DNA from: Candidatus Coatesbacteria bacterium
GTDB lineage: Bacteria > JAFGND01
Direction: 5' to 3'
Assembly: GCA_016927185.1 (NCBI GenBank)
Contig: JAFGND010000043.1
Location: forward strand, 1 to 43,117
Length of the DNA: 43,117 bases
The notes under the pieces were generated by a model. That model searched no databases. It saw only the letters and a program-made list of their open reading frames with translations, and had not been told where the DNA came from. The position numbers were made by a program, and so were the translations under genes. Positions 1 through 8,650 of this stretch are shown here, one piece after another (position 1 is the first letter of the stretch; each line of letters starts with the position of its first letter).

Positions 1-645
1 GTTCCTGCTAAAATTGTAGAGAAGAATTTCGCAAAATGGGCAAATATTTTAAGGGAAATACCTTTCCAATCTAAAAAAGAAGAAGCACTAATGAAGTTCA
101 AGGATGAAGTACTTTTAGAAGAAATAAAAAAACTTGAAAACAATTATGAGATATTATTCTCCAGTATTACTTATAACACTCTGCAGCAATATAAAATAAA
201 ATATATTCTAAGTAGATTAACACAATATATTGAAAGCATTTGGAATTCAAATGAATCAGAAAGTCATATTGAACAAATATTTTTAAATGAAACTATTGAA
301 CATATCTTACCTCAAAAACCTCAAAAGGAAGATGCTGATTTATTTGGTTCAATAGAGGAATGTGATAAATATAAGATAAAACTAGGTAATTTGGCAATCT
401 TGGATCGTAATACTCAGAGCATTATAAAGAATAAACTAATAAAAGAAAAAAGGGAAGCTTATAAGGAATATGCAAAATATCAGCTTACTAAATCAGCTTT
501 AGTAAGATTTGAACCAGTCGGAGTAGATAACTCTAAAATAAGATCATATCAGAAGTTGAAATATTTTGATAAATGGGATAAAGATGCCATAAACAATAGA
601 CAAAAAATGTTATTTGAACTATCTAAGGAAGTCTGGAAACTCTAA
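1..645 (+). CDS. C-terminal part of DUF262-DUF1524 (GmrSD-like) His-Me finger nuclease, 5' truncated by window edge
   Basis: Frame 1 is open from base 1; ETIEHILPQ...LGNLAIL...KN..KEKREAY and WDKDAINNRQ match the DUF1524 pattern. Confidence 0.8.
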   Translation, partial: VPAKIVEKNFAKWANILREIPFQSKKEEALMKFKDEVLLEEIKKLENNYEILFSSITYNTLQQYKIKYILSRLTQYIESIWNSNESESHIEQIFLNETIEHILPQKPQKEDADLFGSIEECDKYKIKLGNLAILDRNTQSIIKNKLIKEKREAYKEYAKYQLTKSALVRFEPVGVDNSKIRSYQKLKYFDKWDKDAINNRQKMLFELSKEVWKL

Positions 646-994
646 ATCTAATTTTAGATTCTCCTTCTCCATTCAAATCTTACCTACCCCATCTCCCACT
701 TCCCAATTCCTATATGTTTACAGAATATTATTGAAATAATATTTGAATATTTTAAAAGCTATCTTCTGTGAATTTCAGGAATCTTATAAACTATGCGGAA
801 ATCTTTCAGAAAAATTTTTTTTCTATCCTCATAAATTTTATAATATTTTTCGGCTTTCATAATCAAATGACTATCAAAGAAATACAGAAACCAAATTCTG
901 GAATTAAATTTATGTTAAATTTCTAGTTTTTGAAAAGATCTGTTACTTTAATAAAAAAAGCACTTTTTAAGAACTTAGAATATAGGGGGGATTA

Positions 995-3517
995 ATGGTA
1001 ATAAATAATGACCAGGAGGGATATAACGTAGAATCCGCCATTAAATGGCTGCATTATTTTTTTAGACAGGGAGAAGAATCCCTTGTTGATGAAACACATC
1101 TTCTTGAAATCGCTCTGCAAAGGCAAGAAAATGGGCTTGTAACTGTAAGAAGGAGTCCAAACTGGTGTTTCAGCTCCATGGGATCTGCGGAAGAATTCAT
1201 AAGAGGAATTTCAAGAAAGCACCAGGAAGTCGGTTTTTATTTCGGACCTGCTCTTAGATTTCAGAAACCTCCACAAGGAACTCATGCATCATCTGACAAT
1301 GATGTCTTGGAGACCAACCTAATTTACCTGGATGTCGATGCAAGGGACTTGGACATTGAAAACAGAATTGATTCTGACATTAAAAGCATCCTTGAAAGAC
1401 TTCCTTGTGAGCAGCATCCTCATTTGATGAATTTCACTGGGAATGGTTTTCATTGTTTCTGGGTTCTCAAGGATTTTGTGTCGATACATGAAGCAATGGA
1501 AGTTTCGAGAGCAATTGATCTGTATTTTCAGGATTTACTGGTTTCAATTGAATTGGATTCAATATATTATGTGGATAAATGCATCAGGAATCCCAGCAGA
1601 CTGATGCGCTTGCCAGAAACACTCAACCTCAAGCGGAAGCATGGATTTTTAAAAAAGGGAAGGATTCTCCTTAACAATCAACAAGTTGCATCCTACAGCA
1701 TTGATGATTTCCATCTTTTTGCTGAATATGGCAGAAAGAAGAAAAACAATCAACTTCTACATCCTGCGACAACTCCAGCCGAAAAAGAGCAAATTGGTTC
1801 TTCTAGTACTTTGGGCAAAGCAAACCCAGTCTCAGGAAAACTCACTAGACTCTTCAAGAAAGGTGTTCTTTTCACATTAGAAGAAATGCTCAGTTATCTT
1901 GCAGATCATGCGGATGAATTCAAGAGTTGCTATGAAATCAGCTTAACGGAAAATCAGATGGAATCTATTTGCAGAACCATCCGAAAAAATGCTGAAAGGG
2001 ATTTCAAGAGCATCAATTCAGTCTATCAGAGAAGAAATGCCTATTTAAATGGCAAATGGTATAACATCTCAGATTTCAGGCTGGAAATAATCGCTATTAT
2101 TGACGATCCTCATGAAACATTCAAGGATGTAAAATTCTATGTTGCAAATGTTTGGAAAGACAATCTCATTTTAAAAAGGTGGATTTCAATTTCTCCATCT
2201 GTAAGAGCTTCAAATGACAAGTTCAGGCAATTCATGCTGGAAACCGCTAATTGCAACTGGTCAGGAAGTAAACGAGATCTGGATGACCTTTTCTTTCATG
2301 AAGAAGCGAAAGCAGAAAGAAGTATTTTCAGGATAAGTGATATAGGCATTGCAGGTTATGTTGAAGGCATTGGCTGGGTTACAAAGCAGGGGATCTTGAA
2401 TAAAGGCAATCTAATTCACTGGGATGAAAACAATGTAGCTAATCTGGGGAATCGACAAGGAGTGCTGAAGCCAGAAAGGGAATCCTTTTTAAATCACTTT
2501 CTTGCGGATGTTAATCTAACCGGAAATAAGATAATACCTGTATCTTCTGACAATTTCTCTAATTCAACCTGTCTGGTGCTTGGCTACCTTTGTGCAGCAG
2601 TTAATTCACATCTTATTAAAGACAATGGCCTGTATCTTCCTGTACTTAACCTGTGGGGAGAGGAAGAGAATGCTTATTCTTTTCTGAAGAGTGTTTATGG
2701 CATGCTGGGACTTGATTTTGAAGGAATTACTGAAGCCGCACTTGGGATTAGAAGCACAGACGATCTCAAGAAACTGCTTTTTGGGGTAAACAACATTCCT
2801 GTTTATTTAGACAGCAGGATTTTTATTAAGAACACTCGCTTGAAATCATTCTATGAGAAAATTGTTAATCAAAAGGACTCTCCTCTATTCAGGACTAAGT
2901 CAATCATCTTTTACAACCATTGCTATCATGTAAAAAATGCAGGAAATACTTTATTGTTAAAAGTTCCCGCATCTGGAATTGAATGCCCAAATATGCTTAG
3001 GTGCTACATAGAATCTTATCCAGAAGCGATATCAATAAATGAAATAAGTGGCATTCTTCGTCGCCTTGATGTTAAATTGAATAATCCCAGAGCATTAGCG
3101 TTGTGGGGATTCTTTCATATGCTTCAAACTGGCATTCTAAAGGCATCTGGAACTAACTTTAACAGACTGGAAAGTATCAATAAAGAACTGTCTTCAACAG
3201 ATGAAAGCAAGGATCTTCTAGACAGTTTTCTTTCAGTTTTCGTTCGCCATGTTGAAAAACTCAAAAGAGAAGAGGGCTATTTATATAAGAATAAATACTA
3301 TATAAGACCGAAACATTGTTTTTCAAGGCTTTGTCAGGTTGCGGATGAATATGAGAGAGCAGTTCTGAAGAAGCTAAGTCCTGTTCAAATCAGCAAATTA
3401 CTGAAGTATTACTATGGGGAATTCGTTGAAAACACGCCCAGAAAGATATCAGGGAAGGATTCGGCAAGATACATCATCATAAATTTCGAGAACAAAAAGA
3501 ATCACCGAAATAGTTAA
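995..3517 (+). CDS. RepB-like (AEP superfamily) DNA primase fused to a degenerate DUF927/helicase-like C-terminal region
   Basis: Primase motifs YLDVD, TGNGFHCFW, RLMRLP; C-terminal PVLNLWGEEENAYS and VYLD sit where Walker A/B would be; G-rich SD upstream. Confidence 0.7.
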   Translation: MVINNDQEGYNVESAIKWLHYFFRQGEESLVDETHLLEIALQRQENGLVTVRRSPNWCFSSMGSAEEFIRGISRKHQEVGFYFGPALRFQKPPQGTHASSDNDVLETNLIYLDVDARDLDIENRIDSDIKSILERLPCEQHPHLMNFTGNGFHCFWVLKDFVSIHEAMEVSRAIDLYFQDLLVSIELDSIYYVDKCIRNPSRLMRLPETLNLKRKHGFLKKGRILLNNQQVASYSIDDFHLFAEYGRKKKNNQLLHPATTPAEKEQIGSSSTLGKANPVSGKLTRLFKKGVLFTLEEMLSYLADHADEFKSCYEISLTENQMESICRTIRKNAERDFKSINSVYQRRNAYLNGKWYNISDFRLEIIAIIDDPHETFKDVKFYVANVWKDNLILKRWISISPSVRASNDKFRQFMLETANCNWSGSKRDLDDLFFHEEAKAERSIFRISDIGIAGYVEGIGWVTKQGILNKGNLIHWDENNVANLGNRQGVLKPERESFLNHFLADVNLTGNKIIPVSSDNFSNSTCLVLGYLCAAVNSHLIKDNGLYLPVLNLWGEEENAYSFLKSVYGMLGLDFEGITEAALGIRSTDDLKKLLFGVNNIPVYLDSRIFIKNTRLKSFYEKIVNQKDSPLFRTKSIIFYNHCYHVKNAGNTLLLKVPASGIECPNMLRCYIESYPEAISINEISGILRRLDVKLNNPRALALWGFFHMLQTGILKASGTNFNRLESINKELSSTDESKDLLDSFLSVFVRHVEKLKREEGYLYKNKYYIRPKHCFSRLCQVADEYERAVLKKLSPVQISKLLKYYYGEFVENTPRKISGKDSARYIIINFENKKNHRNS

Positions 3518-3652
3518 GAAAGGAGGTTTTAATGGCATTTGATCAGATATATTTTGTTAAAAACATTAACCATAGGAGGTATTTGCTATGAATAGCAAAA
3601 CAAGTAATGAAGATGCTTTGTTTAATTCCAATCCTAAAGGGAAGGAGAAAAA

Positions 3653-4894
3653 ATGGATAATTACGATTTAACTGAATCTGGATTGCTTACTGCAAATTCA
3701 GAAACAAGTGAAAGCAAATCTTCAGAGAAGAGAGCGTTCGCTGACTTGATTTATATTGACAAGGATTTTGACAATCCACCTTTTAAAGTAAATGATAAAT
3801 ACAAAAATACTCAGCGTCCTCTCACAGAAAAAGAATACAATAATCTAAAAGATGGTATTGTGAAAAATGGTTGCCTGGAGCCACTTATAATTGATGAAAG
3901 AACAGAATATCTTGTTGATGGGTATCACAGGGAAAAGATTTGCAGAGAGAATAAAATACCCTATTCAGTGAAAAGGTTGGATTTCAAGGATGAGCAAGAG
4001 ATTCTGTTTTATGTTTTGACTCATCAGGAAGGAAGGCGTAACAATAATGGTATGGAGACTGATCTTAACATGGCAAGAATTTATAATAATTGTAAGATGG
4101 CACCAAATGGTTATAGAGATAAGGAAGAATGTACAGGAGATAATAGAGAATGGGTTGCGAAGCTCTTTAATAGAAGCAAAAGTAGTGTTACAAAATCTGT
4201 TAAGTTGCTAGAAAGTTATGAAATTATTGTGGATGTTTGCGGTAAAGAGATAGCAGATAAGATAACCAGAGGTGAGATATTGCTGAACAGAACGGAAATC
4301 AATGCAATTGCCAGATACAAGAAAGCAGACATTGAAGCCTGTATGAATGAATTGAAGGAAATTTATATCTCTCATAAAAGGAATGGCATCACTGAAATTA
4401 TTTTTAAATATGAAGAAAAATATAGTTCACAGAGAAAAGCTGAAAAACCAAAGAATGAAACTCCTACTGATGTAACATCTGATTCTGCAGTTAGAACTCA
4501 TAAGGCAGAAATTGTAGGAGAGAAGGACAATCTGAAAACTGCTTGTTCAGACAAATTTTCTGAAAGAGTCGATTCAGAAAAAAAGACAAATGAATGTTTT
4601 CATCATGACAAATCTAGCAAGGAAGGGGGAAAATCTAACAAAGCTTCAGATAAACAGAAATGTCACTCAGAAGATGAAGTGATAAGTGATTTGATTAATG
4701 AATCATCTAATCTTGAGATAAGACTAGATTCCTTTTTTCAGAAACTTAATGCTTCAGGATTTGCAGAGAGTTTTAGGGAGATTCAGCAATCTAATCCCAC
4801 TGACTGGATGACCGTTATCAGGAATTTCAGGAAAACACTCAAAATAGACAGCAATAAGAGCATTGAGCAAACTGGAGATGTTAGTAAATTCTAA
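3653..4894 (+). CDS. ParB/Srx-like N-terminal domain protein with HTH and charged low-complexity tail
   Basis: LEPLIID...LVDGYHR..IC and QEGRRN motifs; REWVAKLFNRSKSSV HTH-like; SD AAGGAG. Confidence 0.8.
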   Translation: MDNYDLTESGLLTANSETSESKSSEKRAFADLIYIDKDFDNPPFKVNDKYKNTQRPLTEKEYNNLKDGIVKNGCLEPLIIDERTEYLVDGYHREKICRENKIPYSVKRLDFKDEQEILFYVLTHQEGRRNNNGMETDLNMARIYNNCKMAPNGYRDKEECTGDNREWVAKLFNRSKSSVTKSVKLLESYEIIVDVCGKEIADKITRGEILLNRTEINAIARYKKADIEACMNELKEIYISHKRNGITEIIFKYEEKYSSQRKAEKPKNETPTDVTSDSAVRTHKAEIVGEKDNLKTACSDKFSERVDSEKKTNECFHHDKSSKEGGKSNKASDKQKCHSEDEVISDLINESSNLEIRLDSFFQKLNASGFAESFREIQQSNPTDWMTVIRNFRKTLKIDSNKSIEQTGDVSKF

Positions 4895-4904
4895 ATTGAA
4901 AGAG

Positions 4905-4933
4905 ATGCAGGATAGGATTTTCTTATCCTGCAT
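4905..4933 (+). terminator. Hairpin after parB-like gene, probable terminator
   Basis: ATGCAGGATAGGA-TTT-TCTTATCCTGCAT, 13-bp stem with one G-U, followed by TATTTGT. Confidence 0.55.
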
Positions 4934-6422
4934 TATTTGTCGGATTGAAAGATCTGCTTCAATTCTTGATCTTCTCGTTAGTAAAATTATCAACGGGAAG
5001 ATGCTCATACAATAAGAAATGATAAAAAATGGAATAATAGTACCTATTTTAGCCATTCTTTATTGAATCCTTTTATTTATAAATGATTTACAGGATTATT
5101 CCCCATCTTTTTGTAACAATGTAGTTTTTTTAAGTGCCTTATGACTTGCTTTTGGACAGAGTTTATGAAGGAATTGTGGTCTTTTTTAATCCTTGTCTAA
5201 AATGCCTCCTATTAGCAAATAAGTAAAGAAGAAGAAAGAATCTAGTTCTAGACTAGCACTAGAAGAAACTAAGTTCATTTTAGAAAATAATAATGATCAT
5301 TGAAAAAATAATGTAAAAAGAACCAACATTGGATTCTAGTGAAATTAATGATCCTAGATAATTACTAGGTAAGGGTAAGGAGATGGACCTGAAATATGTA
5401 TGTGTTGGTTGGTGCGAAGTCTCCGAGTACATCCCTTTAAATTTCGACGATTTACTTCTGGACAGTACAATTCCTCCAGGAAGCATTTTGCTCTTAAATT
5501 TGAGGCTTTCTGGGGTTAATTTAGGCAGGGAGTGATGCATGGGTTGATGGGTTAATGATTAGGGGGGGATTGGTGGGTGGGTCAATGTGTTGGTTGGTAT
5601 GGATTTATGTTGTGGTGGGGAGGTAGGTTGGTTTGTGTGATATGGTTTTTCAGAGATTTTCTTGGATCATGATTTTCTTCTAAGATTATCCATTTCTCTA
5701 AAAGGATCTTTGGACAGGTGTTTTTTGAAAATCATCATTAATCTTCAATTCACATGTCCAGTCTTCCGTTCTATATTTTCTTTAATTATCAGGGAACTAT
5801 TTCAAGCCATTAATCTTAGATAGGTATCAGCAATAATAAATCCAACTAAATCCTTCTGTTAAAATGTTCAGGATTATCTTTTGTACAGGAATCATCTCAT
5901 TATCATTACCATTTAAGGTAGTTAACATAATACCTTTACTTTATTCACTTTATTCCATTACCCATACTTATTAACTCTTACTAGATTCTTTTTCCTTTCC
6001 TTTCCTGGTCCTAGTTTATCTTTAGTCCTAGTTTTCTTTGGAGGTGATTAAAAGCCATCTAAAAGTTTAATAAGATCCAATTGCATTAATCCTGCTATCA
6101 TTCTTTTTCCTTTCTATCTCTTTTTTCTTTCTTTTCTCTTTCAAAGCTATTATGTTATATCTAGCTTATTTTATTTTCCTTTATGCTGGTTTTGTTGCAG
6201 GATATTTTAGCTAAACCTTTTAGTCTGTTTTACATTCTGGCTATTGTTTTTCTGATAATGCTAATCTTCCAGTCCCGCTTTTGTTAACATTTGAAAGCTA
6301 GTTTTTCATTAACATCTGGTTCTGGGATGATTTAGAGATGATTATTTATTTTATGTAGTTTTTTTATTTTTTCATTTCTATGTTATTTTATATATGATTC
6401 TAATTTATGGGAGGAGGTGAAG

Positions 6423-6881
6423 ATGGATTTGATTCCAGAAAATTCTTTTAGTGAAGAGGATTATTCTTTTTCGCACAGTGAGAAAATTATTAAAGGTCAG
6501 ATGAAAAGAATAAGTGACGGTTTACCAGCATCCAGAGCTTTCCTAGGTTACAAAAACGTCATTAAAGAAGGGAGGAAAGTCGTTGAGATTGATAAAGATA
6601 GCTCTGAATTTATAGTGACGGTGTTTAGGCTTTATAGTTCGGGTAGCTATTCATTGCGGAAACTAGCTCTGAAACTAAGATCAATGAAGCTGGGTGAAAA
6701 GGGTAAAAGATTCAAAACTAATCCGGTATCTCTGCAGAAGATCATTACCAATTCAGCTTACTGTGGACTTTTGAAAGATTGTAATGGTAGGATATTTAAA
6801 GCAAGTTTTGATGCAATTGTTGATTTAGAAACATTTGAGAAGGCTAATAAATTGTTGATTCGGGAAATCTCTAAAGAATGA
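6423..6881 (+). CDS. Stand-alone serine-recombinase DNA-binding (Recombinase) domain protein, no catalytic domain
   Basis: GYKN...VFRLYSSGSYS...IITNSAYCG...AIVDLETFEK aligns by eye with the middle of ORF 19120; ATG 6423 has SD GGAGG. Confidence 0.8.
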   Translation: MDLIPENSFSEEDYSFSHSEKIIKGQMKRISDGLPASRAFLGYKNVIKEGRKVVEIDKDSSEFIVTVFRLYSSGSYSLRKLALKLRSMKLGEKGKRFKTNPVSLQKIITNSAYCGLLKDCNGRIFKASFDAIVDLETFEKANKLLIREISKE

Positions 6882-7041
6882 TCCGGCAGAGATTGGTTCA
6901 TGGATTTGTTGAAAAATGTAGTGATTATGAGGGTAGAGAGATTGGGTGGGTTTAGTGGAAAGGAGGCTGATGCGTGTAATCAGTCTCCTAGAAAAAATAA
7001 GAGCTTAAAATGAAAAAAATTAAATATATAAGGAGGTAAAA

Positions 7042-7572
7042 ATGGAAGAATTAATGTTTAAACACGTTCTGAAGAATCCTGTCACTGGTGAAGAGGAGCA
7101 GATTTTAATAATAAATCCCCAGTCTTTTGCAATTCCTGTTTACAGGCTTCAAATGAACGCATTTGATTTGATTTTTTTGCTGGAAAGGAATCCTCGGCTT
7201 GCTTGTTTCTTCATTGAATACTACAAAAAAGTTATGAATTTAAAGTCTGCTGATGTGAGAACCTTAGAGGAGAATTTTGTTGAGGCTGCATTCATTTTTG
7301 AAAGTTTTTTGGAAGAACATAAAGAAATTGTAAAAGCTTCAAGAAAGTATAAACAGTTTAGAGAATTTTTTTACAATATCTTCGATTGCATTAACGATTT
7401 AATTCTTAATCTAGAAACAGCTCAGATGTTCAAAGACAATTTCAGTCTGTGGGTAAAAATGCAAGGTAAAAACCTTGATGACATTGAATCTGATTTAGAT
7501 TGGGCTAAGCTTTTTTTAGAGTTTTACAATTTGTGTGAAATAAAATACTTTCTGCCCATGTTCTATATCTAG
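7042..7572 (+). CDS. Hypothetical protein, probably helical
   Basis: 176-aa ORF, strong SD AAGGAGGT, hairpin downstream; no motif recognised. Confidence 0.7.
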   Translation: MEELMFKHVLKNPVTGEEEQILIINPQSFAIPVYRLQMNAFDLIFLLERNPRLACFFIEYYKKVMNLKSADVRTLEENFVEAAFIFESFLEEHKEIVKASRKYKQFREFFYNIFDCINDLILNLETAQMFKDNFSLWVKMQGKNLDDIESDLDWAKLFLEFYNLCEIKYFLPMFYI

Positions 7573-7587
7573 CATTAAAAAATCATA

Positions 7588-7613
7588 AAGGCAGGTTGAA
7601 ACATACCTGCCTT
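7588..7613 (+). terminator. Hairpin after ORF 7042, possible terminator
   Basis: AAGGCAGGT-TGAAACAT-ACCTGCCTT perfect 9-bp stem; no clear U-tract. Confidence 0.45.
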
Positions 7614-8650
7614 AATGAATGCATTGAAACATTGATGCATGTGAATCTTTGCTAACACCCCCTGTCCATGTTTTGGGTGATGTATGTCGCGAAAAATGTG
7701 AGTGGGAATATTCTGCGGGAAATGGATTCAGGGAATAATGGGTCATCGTACTAAATTCTGTGTTGGGTGAATCATTGGTGGATGTTGCATGTGAGATTAT
7801 TTATAAGACCATCTCTTCTTAATCTTCTGAAATTTAATGTGTGGATCTCAGAGGATTAGTGTAGATGAAAGCGGAGATCAACCCAAAAGCTCAGAAAATG
7901 GATTTAGGAAATAATGAATCGCGCAGAGAATGTGTCTTTAAAACAAACCCCTCTAAACCCCACAGATTAGAAGAGTTTTGGGAAACAGGGGAAAATATAT
8001 TAGGATTGGAGAAACAATGCTGAGGAATTGACAATAGAGGCTTTTTTGAGGGAAGCAAGATTAAGAGAGGAAACTTGATGTATGGATTAAAGTAAGAATG
8101 GGAATAAAAGTTAGCTGAAAGGATGGAAGGGAAAAAAGATGGATGGTTTCTGGAAAGAATCTGGGTGATGGGAAGACTAATGTGGTAGTTGATATGATTT
8201 CTTCTCATTTTCCAAAACAGTGCAGGGGGAAGAATAGTAAATTAGTGTTTTGGTGGATAGAATGATGTATGATGTAGATTTAAAGCGGGTCTATGAAATA
8301 ATGGGTAGAAATGAAATGCTTTGGTTATTCCTACATATTGGCTAAAGATTTATTGGTAGATGCTTAGAGAATCTGCCTTGTTGGAGATGATTAATGATTA
8401 CTGTGACTATGACAAATACGGTATCCACAAATAAAGCGGCTAGGGATGGGGGCAGAGAATTAGTGTGGTAGAGAAAATATTGATAAGGAGAGAGTTGGAG
8501 GGAGATGATTATAGATTTAGGGAAAATTCTTGACAAGATAAGTGGAAAATAATTAAACACCAGTAATCTTAATATGATAATATCCAAAAGACATTTTACT
8601 AAAATTGGGAGAATTTTTAAAAGTGGATAACTTAAGTAAAGGAGCATAGA

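Noticed and set aside
661-712. C-rich tract after the DUF1524 gene resembling the LPSPS linker DNA
   Set aside because: No downstream PNPF homology; more simply a Rho rut-like or low-complexity tract
5383-5535. 50-codon + strand ORF preceded by AAGGAG
   Set aside because: The SD abuts the ATG with no spacer and there is no recognisable motif; cannot be fully excluded
6152-6287. Short hydrophobic ORFs (20 and 34 aa) as type I toxin candidates
   Set aside because: No SD; T-rich sequence gives hydrophobic peptides by chance
7596-7632. Two TTGAAAC motifs resembling CRISPR repeat 3' ends
   Set aside because: Only 9 nt shared, 28 nt apart, no repeat-spacer periodicity and no cas genes
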